A DNA stretch of 64,000 nucleotides, from the NCBI GenBank assembly GCA_008632985.1, contig QPGO01000037.1, positions 496,001 through 560,000 of the forward strand, written 5' to 3'. Source of the stretch: Psammoneis japonica. Its lineage: Eukaryota. The notes beneath the pieces were generated by a model that was not told the origin of the DNA, did not search any database, and saw only the letters and a program-made list of their open reading frames with translations. The position numbers and the translations under genes are program-made. Shown here in pieces: positions 14,104 to 26,870 of this stretch. Each line of letters starts with the position of its first letter. The stretch's first letter is position 1.

Positions 14104-17100
14104 TTACCGTTGTCGAAATTGCCCCTCAAGCGCCATTGTGAAACTTGTTTGCCCATGTTTTTCTCCTGTCTTGAACTGCCCAAACATGCTTTGTCTTTTT
14201 GTGTGACTTGGAGGTGCCTGGTTGCTCCTCGTAAACCAGCAATTTGTTGCCAACTGCTTCAATGGGAACCAAAAAAAGTTTTGGAGTGTACATGGATTTT
14301 TCCCGGTGGTCAAATCTTGGTTTTTCACTTGGTCCAATTGCCAATGACTGATGAGGTTGGTGTGTTGCAAGCACTCCACCATGGCGCGCTTGCCTGCCTG
14401 GTGAGTGCAAGGATGAACAATTGCAAATGACTCACCATTGCTCTCTCTTTGAAAGAAAGAATGAAGCCATGAAGGGAAGAACAAATCACCGCACTGAGCG
14501 CCAAAGTCAATGTTTGCCCAGTCGTGAACAGCCCCTTCACTGTCACAGTCTGGGTGTGCATGGCAAGTGTCGATTCCGTTTTTGTTGCAATGCTCAGTTT
14601 TGCAAAGAATGCTCTCCCGTTGTTTCTCTTGGTCACCAACACAGTCCTTCCACTTTTTGCCTGCAAAGTTCAGGTGCATCAGGTGCACCTGGCATTGTTT
14701 TTGTTTCCCCATCCAGAGGAACAAAACTGCCTTGTTTGCTGCATTGTGTTTCAACATGTGTGAGGACCCACCCAGATGGTGTTGCACCGACTCGCCCACC
14801 ACACAGATTTTGTGATCCGCCTTGTTTGCGATCCATGGATTGGCGGAAATGGCGCGGCAAACCCTCATTTGGTCTTCCATGCAAGACGCCACCTGGCCCA
14901 AGAAGACATCAAAGCTGAGTTGTTGAGCCATCGCCAAGGGCAATTGAAAAGTTCTTCAACAATGACTCACCAAGGCCAGCATCAAAATTCATGGCATGGT
15001 GGAAGAAGAACAGGAAGATGGGCAAATGCATCAATTTGTGGAGTTTTTGCAGCTTCCATCCCGCCCCTTCGTGCCTTGGGGAGAAATGGACTGTGCAAGC
15101 AATCAGCAATCAATTTTTTCAATGTCTTGTGAAGGTCGTTTCTGTCACTGGGCAGGTTGCCAAGCTTGTGCCATGCATGGAATGCAAGCATGTCTTCAAG
15201 TGGCTTGACATGCTGGCAAATGCTGCATCCAATTGGGTGTCTCTTTTTGTTTGTGCACCTCCGCTTGCCCTCTCCATCATCATTTGAATCATTGTCATTG
15301 TTTCTCACAGAACGGCCAGTCTTGCAGGGATCGTCGGATGCATCGTGTCACCAGATTCCCCCTCACACGGCGGATGATCATCATTCTGATTGCATTCTTG
15401 GGGAATGCAGTGACGGTCTGTTTGGAATTTTGGCATGCATTGGCCCAAGGGAACAGACGGTGCCTCTGTGTCTTCCTTGCTGAAGCAAGAGGTGCAAGCC
15501 TCATGACCCTCCTTTGTCAGCAACAGCAGGCAGAAGACAAAGGCCATTCCCACCCAGTGATGAGACTTTAAGAAGGCAAGCGACATCGCCCCGCCTTTGA
15601 AATTGGTTTGCAAAAAAGAAGAGCTGCAAGTTGAGTGGTGTTTCCCAAACATCTTTTCTGCCAGTCTGTCTGCCTTGCTTCTAACGGAGTCAGTCATGCT
15701 GTCTGCAAACACACCAATCTCCCTTTTCAGAGTGCCATTTTCATGCAGGTGCATCATGTTGCTGGCTGTGGAAAGAGTGACACCAAACAGTTGCTCCCCA
15801 AAGTCCACACCCAGCAAGCTGTTGGTTGAAACATTGTGCTGCTTCATGCAGTCCAATTGTTCCCTCCAGTGATTCCTCTCTTTGTTGTCAAGACTGTCAT
15901 CATTGGCATTGTCCTGAACTCACAACAAGTCACAAGCATGGACAAGCTTGCATTCCTTCCAAGGGTCGTCAATGTCATTGCATCCCGTCATGCAAAAATG
16001 GGAGCAACGTTGATGACAATTCTTTGCACCGCACCTGCCCACAAGGCAATCTCCGCTCTTTGCATCCCCGCTGATTGGGGCTGTGGTTGGAATCACATGC
16101 AGGTGATGGATCTTGTCTCCTCTTTGCACACAACACCCAGAGCCACCCCGTTCCATGACATCAAGCAGAGGCTGAAGTGTGGTTTTCAAAACCTTGTGGC
16201 AGTCATGGAGACTTTGCCTCTTTTCTGACTTGTGTGCATTGGACTGCTGTTTGGCTGCAGAAGATGACATTTTTTCAAGGTGGGGAATGCATCCAAGAAC
16301 TCTCCACTTTGCCTTGTTGTGCCACTGTTTGAAGGCAACATGCGCCGAGGTCACTGTGATGGGTTCTCTGCAAGAAATCCCATTGAAGCTGTCTGTCCCA
16401 TCTTGTCGACATGAACTGTCAAACATTCAAGGAACTGTTTTAGTGGATCCTTGACTCTGGCCAAACATGTGCTCCTGTGCCACTCTCCGGCCAAGACGCA
16501 TTTGTTGCCAGGGCCCTTGGCAACATGCATGCCAAAAGGATGGTCTGGGTCTGCAAGATTGCTTTTCTCCGCCCATGTGCAAGTGTCTGACATGCATGAT
16601 TGCCACACTTCTTTGAAGTTCCATTGTGGCGCCATTGCCATTTTCTCACCACGTTTGCCACTGGCATTTTCCAGGTTTGCCGGCATCATCTCTCATTCTG
16701 GTCTGGGAAACGATTGCAAAAGAGTTTCCATCAGTGCACTGCGACACGAGGCATTTTTGCACCCAGCTTGAATGTGGTGCCGCAATGCCTTTTGACAAAA
16801 GAGACAATGTCATTGCGCAGGTGGAGCGGCACTCTGCAGTTGCCTGTCAGCTTGCTCAGCTCCACACAGGCAGCATTTGGGTTGCTCAATGATGACAAGC
16901 CGGCGAAGGCTACCTCGGCTGGGTGTGGGGAAATCTTGCCCAATCTGCTGTCATCCAACAGGGAGGACACATCCTCTTGAGACAATTGTGCATTGCCTGT
17001 CCCATTGTCATCGGAAAAATCCATGGTGATGTCCGGAAGCGCGGTGAAAGATTTCACTTCTGAATTGCTGCTTTTGTCTGAAAGCACATCCAGCAACATG

Positions 17101-17546
17101 AAATTGTCCTCGTCTTTGCCACAGATGGAGGAAAGAGGGGACATGTTGTCTTCGAATGCTGGTGATCATGGAGCATCAGTTGGCCACTCTGATGTCCCTG
17201 TGGAGCCACCCATGTGGACATTGGAAATGGAGGCTCCTTGTCTTGATCGTCTCAATCCATGTGCAGAGGTGTCGTTGGATGACAAGGACATGTCCAATCC
17301 CCTGGAACTTGTGTGCCAAACATTTGCATTCCCAGAGGCGCTCCACCAACCAACCACTTTGACACAATCATTGGGAAACAAGGTGGGTCCCGACGCACCT
17401 TGTCCCGCCAAGTTTGCCATTTCATGAGCGAAAGAGAGGCATTGTGGATTGTGACTCAAGTGACCCAATGTGCACTGGAATGACTGCTTGCAACAAGGAC
17501 AGATGATTGCTTCTTTGCCCTCATTGTCAGACTGGGGTGGTGCCAT
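14104..17546 (-). mobile_element. Plavaka-type (CACTA/EnSpm-related) transposase pseudogene
   Basis: Motifs recognised in order: N-terminal CPCC..HLSH zinc finger; NLADPDHPF...GEWH..TC...DP..QFL..LTVHVDKMG; WRVLGCIP; LHDCH; ISGDAKSGDCLVGRCG; VDFG...MMH..ENG; QTNF.GG; GWKLQKLH.L.HLP...NFDAG.GE..LK. The expected Tyr residues read C/H. Confidence 0.8.
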
Positions 17547-18057
17547 TTTGCAGGTTGTGAGGAAAGAGACAGTTGCGCTTTGGTGCAAATGATGGTGCAA
17601 ATGGTTGCTGCTCAGGTTTGGTCATGCGAATGGTGTGTGCAGTGAGTGGCGACGGAAAACAAGACATGAAATTGGCGCGCAAATTGTGCTCATTCATTTC
17701 TTTGCATTGATGAATGCTTTTGTGGTCACCTGTCAAAAGCATGCATTGGGATCATTGAATGCTTTCAGATTGAACAATTGATGACAATGTGAAAATTGCC
17801 AACGGAAAGGAAAGAGAGCAAGTCAGAATGTGGTCTTCATCATGCGATGTGGTCACCACTCATGGCAAAAAAAATGAGTGAGGTCCAATGGCCATCAGCT
17901 CCAGTGGAAGAAATTTGAAGAGGAGAACAGTCTGAAACAAGAGAGAAGAGAAGAAAAGATGGAGGTGGGCTGCAGCTTGGCAAAAGAAGAGCCAAGTTGC
18001 TGGTTCAGCACAGGGAGGAAGGATCACTCCGGGGACCTGCACCTGTGAAGAGACTGC

Positions 18058-19140
18058 ATGGACATGTTTTGTTCATTTGGGTGCAGCAGTCACACAAGGA
18101 CTGACTTTGGCAACAACGTTCCATCTGTTGATGCAATTTGGAAGATTTGTTGGAACAACACAGAGAGGGAAGAACAAACCGTCAAGGAAAAATGGAAAGA
18201 AATGTGGGAAAACAAATGCAGGACCATGAGCAAGGTGCATGATGACATGCAGGAATGGAGCAAAGAAGCAAGGGAATGTGTGCACACTGCCCGGCAATGT
18301 TCTCCATTCGCAACAAGGACAAGCACGCAAGTGTGATCATCGAGCGTGCAAGGAATGCTCACAGAACCAGGCAGCATTGGAGCTCAACAGCAACACACCC
18401 AGACAGGCAAGGAGAGCTGTTTTGTGAAAGCAGTTGGTTGCACAACGATTGCAAGGATGAGATGCTAGATCTTTCAGCTGCTGGATCAAGGGAGGGCAAG
18501 CTTTGTTTGGCAATTGACAAGCAAGATGTTGGGGCATTGAGAGCAGAGTCAACCATCAGCTTGCCCACCCATGGATTGGACCCAAGTGGGAGATGCAGAC
18601 CACTTGCATTGGACAACGGTTTGGGAGGTGTGTGCTCACTGGTTGTGGACAAAGGGCGTCGCATTTGATGCCAGGAAGCTGGTGGAATTTTTCAAGCAAC
18701 AAGTCCTGCAAGACACACTGCACAGGTTGTGGTGGTGCAACAAACTGGAGTTCTTTGGATTGACGCCAAGGACGGTTGACAGTTGGACATTGGAGATCAT
18801 CAAGAAAATTGACTTGGGTGAGAGGATTGCAGCTGTTGTTGTGAGGACAAGCATGCGGCAATCCGGCAAAGACAATGTCTGAAGACAATGTTTGAAGATG
18901 AAGAAAGAAAAGATCTGCCGTGATTGCATCAAGCGTTTCATTGGCTGTGTCAGCGAGGCAACAAACGCATTTGATCACATGATTGATTGCTCACACAAGG
19001 GAAGGCACAGCGATTTTGTCATTGTCCATTTCAAGGAGGACGCCATGGAAGAATTGGGTTGGAGATCAGTTTTGGTGCCAAGTGGCAATCGGAGGATCAG
19101 AGAACATGGACAAAGCTCCAGCCATTCACAGGGATCAATT
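18058..19140 (+). pseudogene. Degenerate ORF of unknown function, divergent from the transposase
   Basis: In-frame segments 18571-18882 and 18892-19140 are separated by a single TGA. Composition is protein-like with no Tyr. Confidence 0.4.
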
Positions 19141-19168
19141 TTCACATGCGAATCTGCACAGTTGAAAG

Positions 19169-19620
19169 TGCAGCATGCATGCAGACAAAAGGTTGTTTTT
19201 GTCACGCCCTTTGTGACATTCAAAGGCTGCAACACGTTGCCGTGATGCATCAACTCTCATCAGTGGCTGTGTGTTGCACTCCTCCCCATGTGTCACGCGT
19301 CCATGCGGCTCTTTGCTGACGTGTGCGGCACTGACACTGCACGGTTTTGGCGGAACAGTGTGGGTGCGTACGAAGGAACATGCAGAACTGCACAGAGTTT
19401 CACGCGTTCGACAGTGATCAACGTTGCTGCAGACAACTCCCACTCAGGGTTTCGAACCCCTGGCCTCCTGCCCAATGGTTGCGATGAACCACTCCGCTGT
19501 GAATTCACAATGCAGCATGCATGCAGACAAAAGGTCATTTTTGTCACACCCTTTGTGACATTTAAAGGCTGCAACACGTCGCCGTGATGCATTGACTCTC
19601 ATCAGCAGCTGCACATTGCA
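19169..19620 (-). mobile_element. TRIM-like miniature LTR element: 110-bp terminal direct repeats, 232-bp interior
   Basis: Repeats 19169-19278 and 19511-19620 both run TG...CA. AAAG flanks both sides (19165-19168, 19621-19624). On the minus strand a polypurine tract GGGGAGGAG abuts the 3' repeat. No clear PBS. Confidence 0.65.
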
Positions 19621-19942
19621 AAAGTTTCAAATGGAATGATCGAGCCAGATGTCGAATTCATCGTTGACAATTGACCATAAAATTTGAGCTGAACATTTCA
19701 TCTCTTTAATTCAAATGAATGCAACCAAGGATGTTGTCAAAGAAAACACAAACATTGCCAACCACAATTGTTTGGGAAGGAGGTTGCAGTTAAAAATGCA
19801 CAAAGAGGGGAGGTGCTGTCACCATCAGAGTGTCAAGAAAGAGGTTTGAAATTTTGAAAAGCCGGTCTTCCTCTGAAGACCTGCTGCACCACACGATTGC
19901 CCAAACTTCACGCCGTTGCCACAACACATTAAGTCAAGGGCC

Positions 19943-21198
19943 ATGGGAAGGAAAAAGAAGAAGTCGGAGAAGGAGAGGGCAGCAGAAGAGGTGCCGCCGA
20001 ACAGCCCGAGGCTGACAGTGGCATTGCAGCGGTCGGGGGCTGCTGGTGATCACAAATTGCTGAAGAGAGAGGTGGGAGAGGTGGCACGGAGAGAGCTCTT
20101 CCCAAAAGTGAGGTTCCTTGTGAAAGCAGACATGGCAAGTGGTGGCAAGGTGTCACAGCTGACACGGAAAAACATGGCAGATGGCAAGTTCAGCAAGCAT
20201 GAATGGGCAGGATTGTGGGAGGGCTGGGCAAAGAAAAGGGCGTGCTCAATGTGATCAAGGTGAAAAGAAACGCCGTGTGTCAGATGACAATGAAGAGTGT
20301 GATGAGTGGCAAGTGCGGCGGAGGGGGCACATGTCCAAGGTGGGAATGGGTGTGGTGCTGCCAATGAGAGTCTCCTTTCTTGAAGTCATCATGACAGAAA
20401 AAGAAGCCGGGGAAATCTGCAAGAGGAATGAACAAGCAAGGAAGAAAACCAGGAAGCAGAAAATGGCAAAGCCAAGATTGAAGAAAAATTCCTGGCAACT
20501 TGGGAGGATGGGGCTGTTGACACCATTGTGTTTGAGAAGTGCAAGAACAGGGAGGCGCGCATGCATGGTTCCAGGACAACATCCCCAAATGCACGAAGAG
20601 CACTGTGATGTAGAGAAGGATGGCAGAGTCAGGCAGCACCAAGGCTGCAGATCTGGCAATGGCAAGCAACAAGGCACTGGCCCTCTTGATGATGGAAAAC
20701 TGCTGGAAGGTTTGGGAGCACAAAACCACACAGGAGGGAGATGATGAAGGGGGCAAGGAGGAAAAACCAGTGCCGTTGCACACAGACCCATCGCGACAGC
20801 GTGACTCTTGGAAGGATGAAGGAACAGTGCACTTCAATGCCCTGCTTGAGGAGACAAAGAAAGACAGAGCAAGTGAGCAGGGAGTGCATTTCGACACACG
20901 ACACACTGACGGAAAGAAAAAGGAGAGCAAAGGTGAAGGAAAAAAGGAAAGAAACACTAAAAAACCAACGAATTCAGAGCAAAGAATGCAAGCAGCAACA
21001 GAACTTTCCAGTGACAACAAGGAGGACAACAATGCAACAGATGCACCAGCTGACAAGAGCAATGAGGAGGGCGATGGAGCCAGCCAAGAAAACAGCAGTG
21101 GAAGTGAGAAGAATGAAAAACTCAGTGCAAGCCAATTGGAAATGTGGAGCAACCGGCACCACAGCATTGACTCAGTGTCAATTGATGATCAATGTTAA
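19943..21198 (+). pseudogene. Plavaka-associated accessory ORF, degenerate
   Basis: VARRELFPKVRF...W..LW and ASNKALALLMMENCWKVW...PLHT...SWKDEGTVHFNALLEETKKDR match the recalled diatom TE motif SDEAFALL.LENYW...KYT...GWS.EG..RFN.L...V..DR. Confidence 0.6.
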
Positions 21199-21716
21199 AA
21201 AGCAAAAGCAGTGCATCACTGTTGATTGAGAAGAGTGGGCTGAGTTCATTGCAAGCATCATTTTAAATGTAAAAACTGGTGTGTGACGTGAAAAAAACCA
21301 ATGACATTAATTTTCAGCTTCTGCAGTGGAGGAAGGCACATGAACAATGTGAAAAGAGGGGGGCTTTTAGAAAGTTAAAGTTGATTTCTTGCTGTGAAAA
21401 AGATGTCTCCACAGCTGATTTAATTGGCTGTTGCAGGTTGAAATTTGTCACCAGCTGCACAACTGACAAGGTTTGAAACCACAAAAATGTTGACAACAAA
21501 ATGAACAAAAATCACTGCAACAAGGCATGAGGTGACCGCCGCGCATTGCGGCCTCTGATGTCTGTCTCAGCCATCTGCAGAGTCAGCAAGCTTGTGCTCT
21601 CTCTGTGGCAGGTGCTGCATCAGTGCTGGAAGGTGTTGCCACAGCACACTGCAATGGCCAAAAGCATTCTGAGCATGCCAAGACTCATGAGAAGAAACTT
21701 TGTTTTTGTCGAGAGG

Positions 21717-21746
21717 TGCTGCTGCTGCTGCTGCTGCTGCTGCTGC
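21717..21746 (+). repeat. (TGC)10 microsatellite
   Basis: Ten perfect TGC units. Confidence 0.9.
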
Positions 21747-22626
21747 GCTGTGCCACCAGCACAACTTTGTGTGCCGGCACAATGCACAAATGTGTGAAAC
21801 AACAAGATGCTTTCTGTGCATCTGGGAGAGAACATAGTCAGTTTGCTCAGCTGGCGCTGACAAGGCGTGTCTGCTTGAAAGAAAGATTTTGTTCAAAAAG
21901 GGGGCTGGCACAGCAAAAAGTTGGCGCGCCACTGTGCCAAGCAGAGAGAGCCAGCTGCCACCCACAGCACCCCTGCCAGGCAGCTTTGCTGGACAGCGCC
22001 ACTCTCAAGAACTGAGGAGCAACTGTGTGGCACTGCACCTCTCCCAAAATGAAGGCTTGAGGGGTGCTCCCAGCACTTCAGGCAGTTGTTGCCATGCCAT
22101 GGCAGGCTTTCCGTCGGGAGGGGGATTTTGCACATCATGCGCACTCGCACGTTTCATTTCACATGAGAAAGTCCACATCTGAATGAAATTAATGTGATGA
22201 TGCCGCAAGCATCTTTGAAATGCATTCATTGATGTTGTGATGACATGCACATGCTTCCAATGTTGGTTCCTCCTCTCTCAGGTGGAACTCTCTACATCGA
22301 AGTCTGAAACCGAAAGATTTTGGATTGCCGCGCTCGCCACTGTCAGAAAACAGAGGCGTGACGATTGCTTGCACCAATCATTTTGCTGCATTTTTTTGCC
22401 TGTTAAGTGAGTTTTGCGCCGGGCGTCCAAATTAATTGCAACACACAACGGTTGTTTTTTCGAAACAGGGTGCTGCGGTGTGCACTTCTGCGTGACCCAC
22501 GTGACCTGACTAACATGCCTTGGGGCCAGAGCAGTGCGTGGTGCTGGTTGTTTTGCTTCTGACCGTTCTGTCTTCTGTGAGGTTTCACGAGTTCATCTGT
22601 GCATGTTGATGTTGTCTAATTCGAGG

Positions 22627-22855
22627 TGCGGTGGCTCAAGTGAAAGTGCAAGTGTGCGAAATTTGCGCATTGATGCAGTTGTCTTTGCCAAATGGTTGGT
22701 TGCAACTTGCGCCCATTCCATTGTTTCTGTCCACACTCGATCTGCGGTGGCTTGAGTGAAAGTCTGAGTGTGTGAAATTTGTGCATTGATGCGGTTGTCT
22801 TTGCCAAACAGTCAGTTGTGACTTGCGCCCATTCCATTGTTTCTGTCCACACTTG
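22627..22855. repeat. 116-bp tandem duplication
   Basis: Copies start at 22627 and 22743. Differences are nearly all CA/TG/CG swaps (aaatggttggttgcaac vs aaacagtcagttgtgac). Confidence 0.9.
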
Positions 22856-23768
22856 TTCCGCAGGATCCTTGCTTGCTCCTTCTCCCACTCCGCAGCTCCC
22901 GCTTTTTCCAGCTCCTCCTCGGTGAAAAATCTCCCACCAGTCTGTGGTGGTGCTGCCGCCCATGCTGCCTTTAGCTCCTCCATGGTTGAATCATCCCTGG
23001 GCACGTCGACCATTTAGACTAGATTTCGTGCGCGATGACCGCTCAGAAGCAACGGCTGAAATGCAAACGAAGCACGGATGGAATTGCACGTGCTCCTGCG
23101 CATTTTCAGCAAACTCACTGCGACGTTGCGTCCTCCGATCCTTGCATCTGTGAGGTTCAAATTGAATCCATACATCACTTGTAAGTGCTGACACCTGGAA
23201 GGTCACCTTGTTGCAGTTCGACGTGTTTGGATCTAGTTTCTGACGTTGCCAGTTCTCCTTGGCATGATGTGCGCAGCTCTGCAGGGTCTTTCTTGGCACT
23301 TCTGAACGATCGCACTTTTTGTTCCCACAATTTCTCCCCGACTGATTCGATGGCATGCAAAAGAAACACAACGACCTCCCCGGCGGCGAAAGCCAAAGTC
23401 GCCGAAACCAAACAGAATTGTCGCCGGGACGTGGCGCGTCTGTACCTGCATACGTCCGTCTGCACTGCGTGCTACGGTACTACAGCGCCCCGTATCAAAA
23501 CTACATTAATGTTTATTTTTTGCTTTCTTTTCCTTTTCTCTTCTTCTTCTGGCTGGGAGGAACTGCTGGATAGCCTGGGTATTATGTTGATCGACCGCGC
23601 GCGATACCGACCCGCGACGCAAAAAGAGACTTCGACTTCATTCGCTTCGCAGTTCGCAGAAGATACAGTGTATGGCGTTGTTGAGTTCACAGTGCTGTGT
23701 GACCGCAAGAGCATATCTGCCGCTTCTTCTTCTTCTTCTTCTTAACAGGTTGTATAAGTTGCATTGAA

Positions 23769-24627
23769 ATGACTGATTTGGAAGAACCGCTTGTTGCAAT
23801 GGAGGCAGGCGAGGGCACGCCGCTGGTGGACGGTGCGGATCGTTATGATGCCGAGAACGAGCCTCCACCCCTGACAGAAGTCAAGGAGAATACCTTGAAG
23901 GAAAAGATTGTTGCTGGAGCCGGCGCAGTGACCTTTGCAACCTCGGTCGGGGCCATGGTGGTGGAGAGTCACCCCTCTGTCTATGTGTCTGGCGCTCTGG
24001 GTGCTGCTCTCGGACCCTATGCTGCGTTTCAGCAACAGAAGATTACTCAAGTAGAAGCACTCAAGGAAACCAACGGACGCATGGCGGAAGAAGTTGATCA
24101 ACTCAAGTTTGAAAACATGAGACTCCAGGCGAGTGTATCTGAATTGGATGAGAGTGTGAAGCATTTGAAGGAAATGCAAGACACGCTTCATACCATACAG
24201 GCGACGGAGGGGCAGTCGATTAAGGAATTGGAACGGCAATTGAAGGAATCGCAACAGATTCTGCATTCCATGAAGTCAAACTTGAAAGCGGATATCTTGC
24301 AAAATTTAATTTCGGTAGTTCTGGCTTGTGATGATGATGGTGATACGATTCTAAGCGACGACGAGATTAATCAACTCATTGGCAAATTGGAGGGTTTGAG
24401 CGGAGTTCAATTAAAGGAAGAAAAACTGAAGCAGATCATTATTGATAACGGACGCTCGTTGAATGGTACGTTTCTGAGAATGAAGTCTTTGTTTTATGTT
24501 ATTTTTCTGTCTTAGCTCATCTCTTGCCGCGTCTGCTTACTTTGTTGAAGCCATTATGAAAGTGGCGAGAGAACTGCTCGCCGGTGAAGACGCGAGAGGA
24601 CGTATCTTTGAATTCGTTGAAAAGTAA
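23769..24627 (+). CDS. Conserved diatom-type membrane-anchored coiled-coil protein with EF-hand-like loop; 2 exons (23769-24465, 24551-24627)
   Basis: Two hydrophobic segments, a coiled coil and a DDDGDTILSDDEI loop. GT..AG intron 24466-24550 restores the C-terminus AIMKVARELL...FVEK*. Normal TA content. Confidence 0.85.
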
Positions 24628-24999
24628 CGAATTCTTTTGATTGCACTGTAGATAAGAAGGATGCAGTTTTTAAAGGATTGTCTGCTTCTACACTACTGCC
24701 GTACCATACAATAGATGCAATACCGTAAAAGAGATTTTCTTTTCTGTTGCGGTCTAACCAGATTTTACTTTGGGGTGCCTACAAGACTGTTTAGTGTTTA
24801 GTAGTGAAACACAACAATGCAACAAGTAAAGGTGAAAGTATATGCTATCGCTACTTGTACTACGCATTCCGCGAACAGTGAGAAAATCAATCTACGTTTC
24901 GCCTACCTCGAGAAAACACCAGAGAGCAAGTTGCCTCGTTTTTCATGCCTGGTGCTTAGTACGACAACGAGTGGTTTGACAATCGGTGCCATCCTGGAT

Positions 25000-26870
25000 T
25001 TTTTTTGTTACTGTAGATTCGGATTCTGAATCCGTAAAGTAAAGACCCGGAAACAAAACAATCACGCGATCTCCGGGCTTTGCAGTTTTGCGTTGGGCAC
25101 TGACGACCGGTTTGTGTTCTGCTCTTGAGAAATCCACGACATCAACAACCAGCGGCCACATTTTGCATGGTGGGTCGCTGAAGCGACAAAACAGACAGGA
25201 TGCAGATCAAACAGCCCTTTCACGTACTGTGGAACTGAAACCCCGTCCAACTCGCTCTCGACATCTTCAGCGCACGCCTGTTCGGTCCATTCATTCAATC
25301 TTTTGCAGCCATTCGCCCAACAGACGTTCGCTGGCATGCCGAGTGCTGTCCATGACAATGCCTTGCATGTTGCATGCTGGATGTAGCCAACAGTTTCACC
25401 AGTGGGTTTGGGTGGTGAAGAGCATCACATCCATCCTCTGAGAATGCCTCCAGCTCCCCTCGCTTGGAATTGACATTGGATGCTGCTCCTGTCAAAGTGA
25501 GGTTTGCACTTGGCTCAAGTGTCTCTTTGAGGACATTGATGCAGTCTTCAGATGTTGGTTGCTTTTTGCAAAGGCAAGGCAGCACAGAAAACAACTGCTC
25601 TGCCTGTTCTTCCTGGCATTCCTGAAACTTTTGCTTGACAGTTTCCCGTTTGGGAAAGAACCTGGTGCAGCAGGATCTCTGCATCGGGTGACCAGACTCT
25701 CCAGCATTTGTAAGAGACTCTGGTGATCTTGAGTTGCTTGGCTGCAATGAGTCTCTGTCTTGTGGATTTGCTGTCTGAGAGCTCCTCCCCATCGATCCCC
25801 GAGACTCGTGCAACTTTGACATCTTCTGTCTGTTTGACTCCAGCTTGGACTGAAGCAATGAAACTTTCTCTTCTTTTCCCTCCATGTGTCTCTGATGCTC
25901 TTTGGCTTGCCCGTGGCTTCCCTCAGATCTGTGCTCTTCTTGTCTTTTTCTCAGATTTCAGTCCATGGAAAAGACACCTTCCTTTGGCGTTCACAAACTT
26001 CCACTTCTGGGCACCTCTTTTTGGAGCTGACAGATTCAAGCTCCTTGTTCACAGTTGAGAGCTTTGGTCATCCTCTTCACCTCTCCCATCATCATCATTT
26101 TTGTGTTTGATCTTTTTTGTCATGATGCAACACGCGCACTGCCAGCTGTTGCTCAGGTGTCCAAATCAAGCAGCGTTGACTCTAAATGCTTCATCAATCA
26201 ATGTGGCAAGATTGGAAATGCCTTGGTGTCCTTTCAATCCACCACCATGGATGGGTTCAGAGCATCACATGAAACAAACATGGCACCACACTTCAGAGTT
26301 GTGAGATGGTTTGACGCTGCACAGCTGCTCCCCTCAGCAGAAGGTCCTGTTCAAAGAGGCATTCAATCAGTGTGTTCTTCCCAACACACAGCTTCTTTTG
26401 TCCCTCTGAGTGTGTGCACAGCCACTCTCATTGGAAGTTGGAGCCTTTGGATTGCCCTGACTCCAGAAACTGCAGCACGAGCCACCTCTGGAGAGGCGGG
26501 GAGGTTTTGTGATGATGAGGCAGTTTTGGGAGTCATGCCAGTGACCATGCTCCATCCACAAAACTGTTTTCTGCAAGAGTTGATTGGAAGCAGCAGACTC
26601 TGGGTGCCACTCAAATTCGATGCTGCCTCATGTCCCATGGCGGGGGTGCACTCAAGAAATTCTGCACAACAAAAGGCCAGAGGCGGTCAACAGAGACCTC
26701 TGTGTTTGTTTCCTGTGGTCAAGAAACTCACAGCAGCCCTCCTGCCACACTGCTGCCCACTGTGACATGACAAACCCTCAGATGATGGCGGGGACTCGAT
26801 TCATCGTTGTGCGTTTGCGTTGCTTGTGACGAGACTGCCATTGAAATTCTTTTTCGAGGGTTGGCACATT
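25000..26870 (-). pseudogene. Degenerate gene forming small TpA-depleted island D2 (about 25230-26870)
   Basis: Fragmented minus-strand frames (26363-26638, 25295-25885, 25062-25358, 24943-25161). TA is nearly absent in 25230-26870 and returns at 26876. Confidence 0.55.

Larger units (their letters stand above)
1..23440. other. TpA-depleted hypermutated transposon/relic domain D1
   Basis: By-eye count: one TA in 6601-8540 and none seen in 9081-10680, versus about 22 TA in the 240 bp at 24661-24900. ORFs 9458-10567 (369 aa) and 11680-13383 (567 aa) contain no Tyr and are Cys/His-rich. Normal TA content resumes abruptly at about 23441. Confidence 0.9.

Noticed and set aside
5463..22472. CACCC...GGGTG as termini of one 17-kb Plavaka/CACTA element
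   Set aside because: Only 5 bp match, with no extended TIR or TSD.
1..23440. Alternative genetic code or Tyr-codon reassignment
   Set aside because: TA is missing in all frames and in non-coding DNA, and neighbouring host genes use TAT/TAC/TAA/TAG normally.
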